Position numbers and translations under genes: made by a program. Shown piece after piece: positions 39,252 to 48,918 of a stretch of 64,000 nucleotides of DNA (its first letter is position 1; each line of letters begins with the position of its first letter). Location: assembly GCA_965223905.1 (NCBI GenBank), contig CBDCXV010000011.1:1024001-1088000 (forward strand). The letters run 5' to 3'. Source of the stretch: Candidatus Latescibacterota bacterium (GTDB lineage: Bacteria; Latescibacterota; UBA2968; UBA8231). The notes beneath the pieces were generated by a model that was not told where the DNA came from, searched no databases, and saw nothing but the letters and a program-made list of their open reading frames with translations.

Positions 39252-39466
39252 ACCAAGAGAACCTCATCGCGGACGAAGTGAAGGGGAATCAACTTGGGCC
39301 TCGGCATGGCGTCCTCGAAGTAGCAGTCAATGGCTTCCTTGACGGGGCGGCCGATCTCTTCAACTGTGTCTCCCTGCGAATGGATGCCATATCCAAGCGC
39401 ACTTGCCGTGTAACCACCGTCCACCTCGTCTTCTTTGACCAAAAAAATGATTTCGGCGCTGGACAT
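39248..39466 (-). CDS. HicB-like antitoxin (orphan)
   Basis: IIFLV.ED..DGGY.ASALG..I.SQGDT.EE....KEAI.C.F. Confidence 0.8.
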   Translation of the reverse strand: MSSAEIIFLVKEDEVDGGYTASALGYGIHSQGDTVEEIGRPVKEAIDCYFEDAMPRPKLIPLHFVRDEVLLV

Positions 39467-39502
39467 CGCTCGCTCCTGCGGTATCAGTTTCTCTCTCTTG
39501 GC

Positions 39503-39718
39503 TCAGTCGTCGCGACTATCCGTCGGCCTGCCCTGTGTTGATTGGCGCAATCGCGCGGCCAATTCTTCCAGCGCGGGGTCGGAATACCGCTTGGAATTGA
39601 ACCACTCTATCCGTTCGTCAATCGTCATGTTGGCGGTCTCGGCGACACTGCGGGCGCGGGCTTCGCGCATGAATTTGACGCAGTCGAATTTCTTCTTGGT
39701 GGGACGGGCTTTAGTCAT
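39503..39718 (-). CDS. Putative antitoxin partner of the upstream PIN domain
   Basis: KKKFDCVKFMREAR motif seen in small genes downstream of PIN toxins; overlaps the hsdM-PIN stop. Confidence 0.65.
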   Translation of the reverse strand: MTKARPTKKKFDCVKFMREARARSVAETANMTIDERIEWFNSKRYSDPALEELAARLRQSTQGRPTDSRDD

Positions 39719-42149
39719 GGGCAATTTCCTCCGGAGTTCGAATGTCAATAGCAGAGTAGCCGTTCTCTCGATTTACCTTGTTGCAGACCCTGATGCGCCG
39801 CCAGTTCACCATGTGCCTGAAGTTCCAGCTCACCAGGACATCGGCCTTGGCCAAGGTCGCGAGAGCGATGTGCAGCGCATCGTTCAGGTTGGCCCCACCC
39901 ATGGCCCCAGCCGAGATGTAGGCATCGGCAAGCTCTTCTGCCTCTCTTGAAGTGGCGAGCAGCTCCGCGTGTTCCGGGGGAACGGTGCTGGTTGCCTGCC
40001 TGACGGAGGGCGGAGCATCCGCAAGTTCATCCAGAGTGATGCCCGAGAGGAGCATCTTGGCTTCTCCTTGGCGAAACATCTCGAACAACTGCATCGATTG
40101 TTCGCGGAATTCATCGTCATGGCAGCCGCCGATCACCGAGGTGTCCACGTAGATGCGCGGCTTGCCGTACTCAGTCGGCGGTTCGCGCACCATCGGCAGA
40201 TCGCCGAGCAGCCCCTCAGTCTCTTTCTCTATCTCTAGAATATCCGCCCCGATCTCCTGCAGCGTCCGCATCGGCTGGGGCTTGTAGAAGTACCGCGTGA
40301 AGCTGATCTCGTAGCCGATCCTCACGCTGTCCGGTTGAGACCAGGCGTCACCGGCATAGGGCAGGACCTCCCGCCGCAGGAACGCTTCGATACCCCCTTC
40401 TTCCTGCAGCGGAATCTGCTCGGTGTCGCGCAGATCGGTGTCCGGTTCGTACTCCACCACGACGGACCTGCCGTTGACCGTGGCCTCGAACCGGCCGCGC
40501 AGCGGGTCGGCCTCCGTGCCTCGTTCGTGGATCTTCCGGACGACGGGCGGCGCGGTCTCGCTGCGCTCGCAACTCTCCTTCAGCTTCTTGATCTCGGCGG
40601 CCTTGTAGGCGCGGTTGGAGTCAACTCCCTCAAGCCGCAGCGGCCGTTCGACCGTCACCTTCCAGTAGCCGAAAGCGGCGTTGTCGAAGATCCTGCTCTG
40701 CTCGCTCTCCTCGAAGGCGAGGAAGGTGTCGCAGATGCGCTGGATGTCCTCCCCGCCGAGCTCGCAGTTCTTCTTGCCCAGGTTCTTGCGCAGCGGCCGG
40801 TGCCACCCGGTGGCGTCGATCAGCTGCACCTTGCCCCGGCGATGCTCCGGCTTGCGGTTGGTGAGCACCCAGACGTAGGTGGCGATGCCGGTGTTGTAGA
40901 ACATGTTGAGGGGCAGGGCGACGATCGCCTCCAGCCAGTCGTTCTCGATGATCCAGCGACGGATGTTGCTCTCGCCCTGCCCGGCGTCGCCGGTGAACAG
41001 GGAGCTGCCGTTGTGCACCTCGGCGATGCGGCTGCCGCCCGGCTTCATCTTGGAGAGCTTGTTGGCGAGGAAGAGCATCTGGCCGTCGCTGGAGCGGGTG
41101 ACCAGGGAGTACTCGGGATCGCCGGCATGCTCGATCACGAAGCGCGGGTCGCGCATGTCGCTCTTGCCGCCCATGCGCTCCAGGTCGGTCTTCCAGCTCT
41201 TGCCGTAGGGCGGATTGGAGAGCATGAAGTCGAACTCGCGGGAGGGGAAGGCGTCGTTGGCCAGGGTGGAGTGCTCGGGGCCGCCCACGATGTTGTCGGC
41301 GGCGTCCCCTTCCCCCTTCAGCAGCAGGTCGGCCTTGCAGATGGCGTAGGTCTCGGCATTGATCTCCTGGCCGAACAGGTGGGTGGAGACCTGCCTGCCG
41401 CGTTCGGCGGCGAGTTGCTGCAGCACGTCCTCGGCCACGGTCAGCATGCCGCCGGTGCCGCAGGCCCCGTCGTAGATCAGGTAGGTGCCGGACTTGATCC
41501 GGCCGGCGACGGGCAGGAAGACCAGCTTCGCCATCAGGGTCACGGCGTCGCGCGGGGTCCAGTGCTCGCCCGCCTCCTCGTTGTTCTCCTCGTTGAAGCG
41601 CCGGATCAGCTCCTCGAAGATCGTGCCCATGCCGTGGTTGTCGAGGCCGGGGTGCCTGACCGCGCCGTCGGCGTTGTGCACGGGGGCCGGGCTCAGGTTG
41701 ATGTCGGGGGAGGTCAGCTTCTCGATCAGCGTGCCCAGGGCGTCGGCCCTGGAAAGCCGCGATACCTGGTTGCGGAACTCGAAGTTTTCGAGGATGTCCT
41801 GGACGCTGGGCGAGAACCCGTCGAGCCAGGCGCGGAAGTCGGCCTCGAGCTGCTGGCGGTTGGCGCGGGCGCGCAGGTCGCTCAGGGTGAATTTCGAGGT
41901 GTTGTAGAAGGCCTCCCCGGCGACCTGCCGCAGGGTCGCATCCTGTTCGATGACGCCGGCGTCGTCGAGGGTGGCCTTCATCTCCAGGACCGCCTGCTTG
42001 CTGTCCTCCAGCACCGCGTCGAGCCGGCGCAGCACGGTCATCGGCAGGATCACGTCGCGGTACTTGCCGCGCACGTAGAGGTCGCGCAGGACGTCGTCGG
42101 CGATGCCCCAGATGTAGTTCGCGATCCAGTTGAGGTCGCCGTTGCTCAT
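39711..42149 (-). CDS. hsdM: Type I R-M methyltransferase subunit with in-frame C-terminal PIN domain
   Basis: HsdM_N IWGIADDVLR, YDGACGTGGML, NPPYG; then IYVDTSV...DEL...DALHIA...SWNFRH PIN domain. Confidence 0.93.
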   Translation of the reverse strand: MSNGDLNWIANYIWGIADDVLRDLYVRGKYRDVILPMTVLRRLDAVLEDSKQAVLEMKATLDDAGVIEQDATLRQVAGEAFYNTSKFTLSDLRARANRQQLEADFRAWLDGFSPSVQDILENFEFRNQVSRLSRADALGTLIEKLTSPDINLSPAPVHNADGAVRHPGLDNHGMGTIFEELIRRFNEENNEEAGEHWTPRDAVTLMAKLVFLPVAGRIKSGTYLIYDGACGTGGMLTVAEDVLQQLAAERGRQVSTHLFGQEINAETYAICKADLLLKGEGDAADNIVGGPEHSTLANDAFPSREFDFMLSNPPYGKSWKTDLERMGGKSDMRDPRFVIEHAGDPEYSLVTRSSDGQMLFLANKLSKMKPGGSRIAEVHNGSSLFTGDAGQGESNIRRWIIENDWLEAIVALPLNMFYNTGIATYVWVLTNRKPEHRRGKVQLIDATGWHRPLRKNLGKKNCELGGEDIQRICDTFLAFEESEQSRIFDNAAFGYWKVTVERPLRLEGVDSNRAYKAAEIKKLKESCERSETAPPVVRKIHERGTEADPLRGRFEATVNGRSVVVEYEPDTDLRDTEQIPLQEEGGIEAFLRREVLPYAGDAWSQPDSVRIGYEISFTRYFYKPQPMRTLQEIGADILEIEKETEGLLGDLPMVREPPTEYGKPRIYVDTSVIGGCHDDEFREQSMQLFEMFRQGEAKMLLSGITLDELADAPPSVRQATSTVPPEHAELLATSREAEELADAYISAGAMGGANLNDALHIALATLAKADVLVSWNFRHMVNWRRIRVCNKVNRENGYSAIDIRTPEEIAHD

Positions 42150-42239
42150 GTTCGGGCTGCTCCTCGACGGGGGCTTCGGGCGGTGGGTTGGTGCTGGTTA
42201 TCGGGCATCATACAAAGATATCCCCCCGGCCGCCTTTAC

Positions 42240-43322
42240 CTACCGGTAGCGCTCCTCGAACACCCTGACCCCGGTGCGCACCGTCGTCAGCGCCAGCTCC
42301 ACCCGCTGCGCGAACGAGCCGTACATCCCCATCTCGGTGCCGAAGGCCATGCCGTGCCCGCGGGAGGCGTAGTCCATCAGGTTGAGACCCTCCCCGCGCC
42401 TGGTGGCGTCGAGCCAGAAGACCGCCTGCTGTGAGCTAGTGAACCACTTCGACGGGGCGTCGCCCTGCCCGGCGAGGGTGACCCCGGTGGCGGCGATCTC
42501 GCGGATGATCTCGCGCGCCGCCCGCTCCTCCCAGCGCTGGCTCTCCTCGTCCGGCTGCCGCCGCGCCGACAGCCAGAAGCGGTCCTCCATCAGCGAGGAT
42601 TCGTGCAGGTCGAAGCTGATCCCGGGCTCGATCTCCTCCATGAGGCGGCGGGTCACCCGCGGCTCCACCGGCGCCCAGGCGGTGTCGTGGAAGCGGTTGA
42701 TGTGCAGGATCTCGCCGTCGAAGCCGATGATCAGGGTGTAGGCGCGCCCGAAGTCCCCGGTCCCTTCGACACCGGGTTGGCCGGGGTTCATGTACACGCG
42801 GCGGCCGTACACCGGCTCGAGGACCCCCGGCTCTTCCCTGAACAGCCGCTGCAGCCGCTCGAAGAAGAAGATCTGGGTGCAGGCCCGCTCCGCGCGCGGG
42901 CGGCTGAGGGTGTACCCGTACTCGCCGATCAGCACGAGGACGAGGTCTTCCTCCTCGAACAGCACCTCCCCCTGTTCCCGCAGCAGGGACTCGAGCTCGT
43001 CGTAGGAGCCGAATTCCGGGGTTTCCCCGAGGCCGAGCCCGAGGGCGTGGGCGAAGCCGTTGAGGCCGGCCGGGTCGCGTGTCGGGATGACGTACACTGC
43101 GTGCTCGGTGTCGAGCCGGTCGATCAGCTCGACCGCGGCGCTGACCCCGGCGTGCTCGGTCGAGTGGCTGCCCGCGGTGATGAAGACGGCCGGCGCCTTG
43201 TCCCCGCCGCCGCGGGCGGCTACCAGGGGGGAGCCGTCGACGGTGTGGCCGAGGGTGCGCACCCGCGGGCTGCGGCGCCCCACCTCGTCGAGGAGCTCTT
43301 CGTATTTCCAGTAGATGTTCAT
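42240..43322 (-). CDS. M14-type zinc carboxypeptidase/deacylase-like protein
   Basis: AGSHSTEHAG (HxxE), INR, DLHE. Confidence 0.75.
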   Translation of the reverse strand: MNIYWKYEELLDEVGRRSPRVRTLGHTVDGSPLVAARGGGDKAPAVFITAGSHSTEHAGVSAAVELIDRLDTEHAVYVIPTRDPAGLNGFAHALGLGLGETPEFGSYDELESLLREQGEVLFEEEDLVLVLIGEYGYTLSRPRAERACTQIFFFERLQRLFREEPGVLEPVYGRRVYMNPGQPGVEGTGDFGRAYTLIIGFDGEILHINRFHDTAWAPVEPRVTRRLMEEIEPGISFDLHESSLMEDRFWLSARRQPDEESQRWEERAAREIIREIAATGVTLAGQGDAPSKWFTSSQQAVFWLDATRRGEGLNLMDYASRGHGMAFGTEMGMYGSFAQRVELALTTVRTGVRVFEERYR

Positions 43323-43446
43323 GGTATCCTCAAGCGGTAGTGGGACAGGAAAGAAATGGACCTGGATAGTATCCCTTCTTGACAAGCGTCTGCATTGCAT
43401 TCATATCAAAAAGCAAGACCTTTTCTCGCCCAGGGAGAACCTCCAG

Positions 43447-43653
43447 ATGAATTGGGGTGATCTGATTGCAATCATCGCGGCGATAGGTGCCGCAACCGCG
43501 GTCAATGTGACCGGGTTTTTGTATCTCGGCAGCCGTATCGACACGCTGACGGGGAATATCGCGAGACATGGAGAGCGTCTGGTCCGAATCGAGGAACGGA
43601 TGAAGATAGTCTCCGCCGAAGCCTTCCAGGAACCGCCAGGTCAGGGGCAGTAA
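43447..43653 (+). CDS. Small membrane-anchored coiled-coil protein
   Basis: N-terminal hydrophobic helix, then RID...ERLVRIEER; GGAG RBS. Confidence 0.65.
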   Translation: MNWGDLIAIIAAIGAATAVNVTGFLYLGSRIDTLTGNIARHGERLVRIEERMKIVSAEAFQEPPGQGQ

Positions 43654-43859
43654 TGGACTGGAGCAGCTTCATCGCGCCTGGCATTGTCGGGGCTTTGCTC
43701 GGGCTGTACCTGAAGAGCATCAGCCAGCGTATCGACGAGATGGGCAAACGACTTGATGCCCTGCAGACCGAAGTGACTGCGCAAGGCAAGGCGCTTGCGC
43801 GAATAGAGGGCCGGCTCGACCCCTACGACCGCACAACGAGTAGCCCATCCCCTGAATAA
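43653..43859 (+). CDS. Small membrane-anchored coiled-coil protein (paralogue-like)
   Basis: TM then RID...LARIEGRL; TAATG overlap with the previous gene. Confidence 0.65.
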   Translation: MDWSSFIAPGIVGALLGLYLKSISQRIDEMGKRLDALQTEVTAQGKALARIEGRLDPYDRTTSSPSPE

Positions 43860-43867
43860 CCCGACAA

Positions 43868-43902
43868 GCCCTCGGAATCGGTCCTTTTCCGGGGGCCTTT
43901 TG
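43868..43902 (+). terminator. Putative intrinsic terminator
   Basis: GCCCTCGGAA...TTCCGGGGGC stem followed by a short T run. Confidence 0.55.
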
Positions 43903-44013
43903 TATCCCCCAACCGAATCGGAAACAGATACTGGAGCATTCCGCGAGACGGCGCGACGCGGATTCCGCGCGGGCCCCTGCCGGTCGTCCCCACGCGGAAC
44001 TTCGCCCTCCGCC

Positions 44014-44784
44014 CTATATCGCGGTCCAGCCGCCGTCGACGTAGAGGGTCTGCCCGGTGATCAGGCCGGCCGCGGCGCTGGCGAGAAACACCGCGGCCCC
44101 GGTGACGTCCTCCGGCATGCCGACCCGCCCCATGGGAATGCGGGCGAGCAGGTCCTTCCTGATGTCGGGGTCGTCGAACGAGGATTGGGTCAGCGCCGTG
44201 AGGATGAAGGTCGGACCGATGGCGTTGACGTTGATGCCGTAGGGGGCCCACTCGATCGCCAGCACCCGGGTGAGGTTGACGACCCCCGCCTTGCTCGAGC
44301 AGTAGGCGGCGCGGTTGTAGTACCCGACCGCGCCCATGATGCTGGCGAGGTTGATGATCCGGCCGCCGCCCGACTCCTTCATTCGCCGGGCCATCCGCTG
44401 CGACAGGAAGAACAGCCCCTTGAGGTTGACCCCGAGGATGCGGTCCCAGTCCTCCTCGGTGACGTCGAGGGCCGCGGCCGGGGCGTTGACCCCGGCGTTG
44501 TTGACGAGGATGTCGACGCGGCCCATCTCCGCGCAGGCGCTCTCGGTGAAGGCGTCGATGCTGTCGAGGTCCGGCAGCTTCAGGGGCAGGGGGAGGGCCT
44601 TCCTGCCCCCGGCTCGCACCGCCTCGCAGACCGGATCGAGATCCCCCATGCGCTCCGGCAGCTCGCCGAGCACGCAGTCCGCTCCCGCCGCGGCCAGGGC
44701 GCGGCTGAGGGCGCTGCCGATGCCGCCGCCGGCCCCCGACACCGCGGCGACCTTGCCGTCGAGACGCATCGAGAGATCGCTCAT
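44014..44784 (-). CDS. Short-chain dehydrogenase/reductase
   Basis: SGAGGGIG, NNAG, YCSSK, VDGG. Confidence 0.92.
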   Translation of the reverse strand: MSDLSMRLDGKVAAVSGAGGGIGSALSRALAAAGADCVLGELPERMGDLDPVCEAVRAGGRKALPLPLKLPDLDSIDAFTESACAEMGRVDILVNNAGVNAPAAALDVTEEDWDRILGVNLKGLFFLSQRMARRMKESGGGRIINLASIMGAVGYYNRAAYCSSKAGVVNLTRVLAIEWAPYGINVNAIGPTFILTALTQSSFDDPDIRKDLLARIPMGRVGMPEDVTGAAVFLASAAAGLITGQTLYVDGGWTAI

Positions 44785-45686
44785 CCCTTCTCCTCCTCCG
44801 GGGAGCGCACCTCCACCCCCATGACCTGCTCCCACACCTTGATCATCGCCCCCTTGCTCTCTTCCCCGAACCCGCGCGCCAGCGCCGTCTTGTAGGTCTG
44901 CATCGCCGCCGAGGCGACCGGCAGCGGCACCTGCAGGGCGTCGGCGTTCTCCATCACCGTCTTCATGTCCTTGAAGGCGGCCCCCATCGGGTAGCCCTCG
45001 TCGAACACCCCCCTGAGGGCGCGCTCGGAGAAGTAGTCGAAGCCGAAGCTCTGCCCCGAGCCCGTGCCCACGACCCGGCGCATCTTCTCCGGGTCGAGGC
45101 CGAGCCGCACGGCAAAGGGAAGCATCTCCGCCATGGCGGCGCAGGAGATGTTGTAGAGGACGTTGTTCGTCATTTTGGCGAGCTGCCCGTTGCCGGACTC
45201 CCCCATGTGAAGGACGAGGCTGCCGATCCGCTCCAGCACCGGCAGCACCGCGGCAAAGGCGCCCTCGTCGCCCCCCACCATCACGGTCAGGGTTCCCGCC
45301 TCGGCGCGGGTCTCCATCCCGGTCACCGGGGCGTCGAGGAAAAAGGCGCCGCGGCCGGCGAAGCCGCGGGCGGCGGCGCGGGTGTACTCCGGGTGGGTGG
45401 TGCCGCAGTCGACGACGATGTCCCCCTCCTCCAGGGATGCGAACAGCCCCCCTTCCCCGAACACCACCTCGCCGACGGCATCCGCGTCCGGCAGGGAGAG
45501 CAAAATGCGGTTGCAGGTCCCGGCGATATCGGTGACATTGTCCGCCGCCTCGGCGCCCCTGGCGGCGAGCTCGGCCACCGCATCCTCGCGCAGGTCGAAA
45601 ACCGACGTGGGAAAGCCGCCGCAGACGTTGGCGGCCATGCGCCGCCCCATCAACCCGAGACCGATGAACCCGACTTTTTCCTTCAC
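44781..45686 (-). CDS. Beta-hydroxyacid dehydrogenase (3-hydroxyisobutyrate/tartronate semialdehyde reductase family)
   Basis: GFIGLGLMG, DAPVTG, GQLAKMTNN. Confidence 0.92.
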   Translation of the reverse strand: MKEKVGFIGLGLMGRRMAANVCGGFPTSVFDLREDAVAELAARGAEAADNVTDIAGTCNRILLSLPDADAVGEVVFGEGGLFASLEEGDIVVDCGTTHPEYTRAAARGFAGRGAFFLDAPVTGMETRAEAGTLTVMVGGDEGAFAAVLPVLERIGSLVLHMGESGNGQLAKMTNNVLYNISCAAMAEMLPFAVRLGLDPEKMRRVVGTGSGQSFGFDYFSERALRGVFDEGYPMGAAFKDMKTVMENADALQVPLPVASAAMQTYKTALARGFGEESKGAMIKVWEQVMGVEVRSPEEEKG

Positions 45687-45745
45687 CCGTTCACCCCTTT
45701 CTCTTTCCTGACGCCGCCGACCCCGGCCGTCCGAAGCCGCCGCTC

Positions 45746-46312
45746 ATGAGCAGATTCAAGCAGTTGGATCGCACCGACCTCGACGCCGAGCAGACCCGTA
45801 TCTACAACGAAATCGTCGAATCCCGGGGCAGCATCGCCGGACCGTTCTACACCTGGCTGCACAGCCCCGAGTTCGCCGACCGCGCCCAGAAACTGGGGGA
45901 ATTCGTGCGCTACCGCACCAGCCTGGGGCCGCGCCTGAGCGAGCTGGCGATCCTGATCACGGCGCGCTTCTGGGACTGCCAGGTCGAGTGGACCCTGCAC
46001 GAGGGGGCGGCCATCGAGAGCGGCGTCAACCGCAACACCATCGACGCGATACGCCAAAGCCAGTACCCCGAGTTCAACCGCCGGGACGAGCACGCCGTCT
46101 ACGACTACACCAGCGAGCTGCTCTACAACCGCTTCGTCCAGGACCGCTCCTTTGCCGCGGCCACCGAGGAGCTGGGCAAGACCGGGGTCGTCGAGCTGAC
46201 CGGCCTGGCCGGCTACTACAGCATGGTCGCCCTGACCCTGAACGGATTCCAGATACCGGTCCCCGAGAACTACGCGCCCACCCTCGTCGACTGCCCCACC
46301 TTCCGGCGCTGA
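45746..46312 (+). CDS. Carboxymuconolactone decarboxylase/AhpD-like protein
   Basis: GPF..WLHSP, ELAILITAR, EW..H, ELTGLAGYY. Confidence 0.85.
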   Translation: MSRFKQLDRTDLDAEQTRIYNEIVESRGSIAGPFYTWLHSPEFADRAQKLGEFVRYRTSLGPRLSELAILITARFWDCQVEWTLHEGAAIESGVNRNTIDAIRQSQYPEFNRRDEHAVYDYTSELLYNRFVQDRSFAAATEELGKTGVVELTGLAGYYSMVALTLNGFQIPVPENYAPTLVDCPTFRR

Positions 46313-46315
46313 GGG

Positions 46316-47224
46316 CTACGCCAGCACCTCGCAGGCCTGCATGATCTGCTCCGGACGCTTGATCCCGAGCAGGATGCTGGTTATCCCCGGAACGCCAACG
46401 GTCTCCTGCAACACGTGCTCGTAGAGGCTCCGCCCCCGCTCCCGGGCCGCCTCCTGCAGCTTGCTCACCTGCCCCATGATCTCCTCGTCCTCGAGCTGCG
46501 GAATCCATGCCGGGAGGTCCTCCGCCCTGCTGCCCGCCGGGATCCCCCCTTCGTACTTGCCGCTCAGCAGGCCGCTCTCCAGCACCCGGTACGGGACCAG
46601 GCCGATCCCCTCGCTGCGGCACAAAGGCATCAGGTCCGCCTCGATGTCGCGGTGGACCAGGCTGTACTGGGGTTGGTGCAGCACCGGCCGCGGCCAGCCG
46701 CCGGCGTCGCAGGCCGCCAGCAGGTCCTTCGTCTGCCCGCAGTCGAAGTTGGAAATCCCCCAGGAGCGGACCTTCCCCTCCTCGATCAGGGCCGCCATCG
46801 CCGCTACGGACTCCTCGACCGGCGTGGCCTCGTCCGGGGTGTGCATGTAGTAGACGTCGATCCAGTCGGTCCGCAACCGGCGCAGGCTGCGCTCGCATTC
46901 CCGCCGCATGTGGGCAGGGCTCAGGCCGCGGTCGTCTGCCTTCGGCCCGACGGCCATCCCGACCTTGGTCGCGATCACCGCTTCCCGCCTGCGGCCCGCC
47001 AGGGCTTTCCCGAGGAACTCCTCCGAGAGGCCGCCCGCGGACCCGATGTAGCGGGTGTAGCCTTCGTACATGTTGGCGGTGTCGAAGAAATTGGCGCCGC
47101 CGTCGAGAGCGGCATCGACGATGGCCGCGGCCTCCGCTTCCCCTACCGGGGTGCCGAAGAGCATGGTGCCGGTGCAGACTGCGGAGACCTCGATGTCGGT
47201 ATTGGGGATCAGCCTGGATTGCAT
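46316..47224 (-). CDS. Aldo/keto reductase
   Basis: GTMLFG, FDTANMY, ATK, SLRRLRTDWIDVYYMH, GISNF. Confidence 0.92.
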   Translation of the reverse strand: MQSRLIPNTDIEVSAVCTGTMLFGTPVGEAEAAAIVDAALDGGANFFDTANMYEGYTRYIGSAGGLSEEFLGKALAGRRREAVIATKVGMAVGPKADDRGLSPAHMRRECERSLRRLRTDWIDVYYMHTPDEATPVEESVAAMAALIEEGKVRSWGISNFDCGQTKDLLAACDAGGWPRPVLHQPQYSLVHRDIEADLMPLCRSEGIGLVPYRVLESGLLSGKYEGGIPAGSRAEDLPAWIPQLEDEEIMGQVSKLQEAARERGRSLYEHVLQETVGVPGITSILLGIKRPEQIMQACEVLA

Positions 47225-47452
47225 GTCCGGTTTCCTGTCTTGTTGGGGGCAATGCGCCCCGCCCGGGCTTTCCCCGGTGCGGGCCGCCACTAAATAGGGC
47301 GCCTTGGCACCCGGGTTGCAAGGCGGCCACCGTCGGCGGTTCAGCGCCGGGCGGATCGGATTCCGGGAACCTGTTGCATCGCAGGAAGTAACATATCGGG
47401 CAGCGGCCGCTGCCGGGATCCGGAAGGATGAAGCGGCCCTGCCACACCGTAC

Positions 47453-48037
47453 ATGCGCGTCAGGAGAATAGTGAAAATCGTCCAGACGAAGACGGAGCAG
47501 GAGTGGGTCCGGAAAATCCGCAAAGGGGACGGAGCCGCGTTCGAAATGCTGTTTCGCTCGTACTGCCAGCCCCTGATCCGTTTCGTCCGCCGCTACGTGG
47601 GGGACACATCCATAGCGGAGGACCTGGTGCAGGATGTCTTCCTCGCCGTCTGGTCGAACGCCGTCTGGTCGAACCGGTCGCGGCTGGACCCCGCCGCGAG
47701 CATGAAGATCTACCTGTATGCCGCGGCCAGAAACCGGGCGCTGAAGCATCTGCGACACGGCGCAGTGGAGCGACGGAGCGCAGGAGATGTAGAACGGACG
47801 CTTCCCCGCCAGAAGACACCCGCGGATGAATTGCAGGGAAAAGAGCTGGCCGGCGCCGTTGCCGAGGCGATCGAAGCGCTCCCCGAGAGGACCCGGATCG
47901 TCTTTTCGATGAACCGCTTCGACCGCCTGACCTATGCCGAAATCGCCGGGATCCAGGGTGTTTCCATCAAGACGGTCGAGACCCAGATGGGGCGAGCCCT
48001 GAAATCCCTGCGCGACCGCCTCGCGCACTGCCTCTGA
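47453..48037 (+). CDS. ECF sigma-70 factor (FecI-like)
   Basis: AEDLVQDVF, YLY.AARN.AL, LTYAEIA...VSIKTVE; start may be GTG 47471. Confidence 0.92.
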   Translation: MRVRRIVKIVQTKTEQEWVRKIRKGDGAAFEMLFRSYCQPLIRFVRRYVGDTSIAEDLVQDVFLAVWSNAVWSNRSRLDPAASMKIYLYAAARNRALKHLRHGAVERRSAGDVERTLPRQKTPADELQGKELAGAVAEAIEALPERTRIVFSMNRFDRLTYAEIAGIQGVSIKTVETQMGRALKSLRDRLAHCL

Positions 48038-48229
48038 ATTCCCTCCGCCGCCGATGCTGCGGTCGTCCCTTCCCTGGGTCGTTGCGGGGACGTTTCCCCC
48101 CTTGCCGGGAATTTTTTTGATCCTTGTCAGGGTATTCGCAGCCTCGGGGGTCATACAGATGAGCGAGCAGGGATATGTCAGGTGATTGCCCTGCTCACAT
48201 GCTGCTTCATCTGAACCCGGAGATTCGTC

Positions 48230-48907
48230 GTGAAAAGAACAATCGGGATTTTCGCCCTGCTGCTTTGCCTCTTCATGCTCTTCCCCACCGAAGAGGCAGC
48301 GGCAGAGCAGGTCAACGGTGGAGGGGACGTGCTCAACGAAGTCCCCATCTGGCCCGTTCCGCCCGGGATGACCCTGGAAGAATACACCGACGCCAACCGC
48401 AGACTGGGGGTCGGCCTGGCCTTGATGTCGGTGCCGCTCCCCGGGGCGCTGCACTTCTATGCCGGTGAAAGCAGAGAAGGGTGGATGCATGTCGGCGCCG
48501 CGGTACTGGGGAGCGCTTCCATAGTGCTCGGCGCAGCCATGATCGACGAAAAGGAGAATGCCTGGGAAGAGACGGACTTTGAAATCGTCGACATAGAAGG
48601 AAGAAGCGGTGAGGTAGTGCGGTATGAGAAGATACCCATCGAGGAAGAAGGCGGAGTGTTTACCTACCGGCTGAAAAAGCTCGATCGCAGAATCGAGGGG
48701 GCCGGGGCTGCATTCGTGGCCCTCGGAGCCGGTTTGCTGGTGGGTCAATTGCTGCACGACTTGATCGACGGCATAAGGACGATCGAGCGAAAGAGGGATG
48801 CCGTGCGGTATAAATACGGCAAGTCAGCCGGCTATGAGTTGAGCGTGAATCCCAATGTGAATGTCGAGCGAGGCAGCCTCGGGGCGCAGCTGGCGCTGCG
48901 TTTTTGA
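48230..48907 (+). CDS. Exported/membrane hypothetical protein
   Basis: Signal peptide, hydrophobic segments, C-terminal amphipathic strand ending in F. Confidence 0.7.
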   Translation: MKRTIGIFALLLCLFMLFPTEEAAAEQVNGGGDVLNEVPIWPVPPGMTLEEYTDANRRLGVGLALMSVPLPGALHFYAGESREGWMHVGAAVLGSASIVLGAAMIDEKENAWEETDFEIVDIEGRSGEVVRYEKIPIEEEGGVFTYRLKKLDRRIEGAGAAFVALGAGLLVGQLLHDLIDGIRTIERKRDAVRYKYGKSAGYELSVNPNVNVERGSLGAQLALRF

Positions 48908-48918
48908 TTCGGTCCATC

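Noticed and set aside
46316-48757. 813-aa ORF
   Set aside because: Extension is antisense to the ECF sigma locus; the real aldo/keto reductase starts at 47224.
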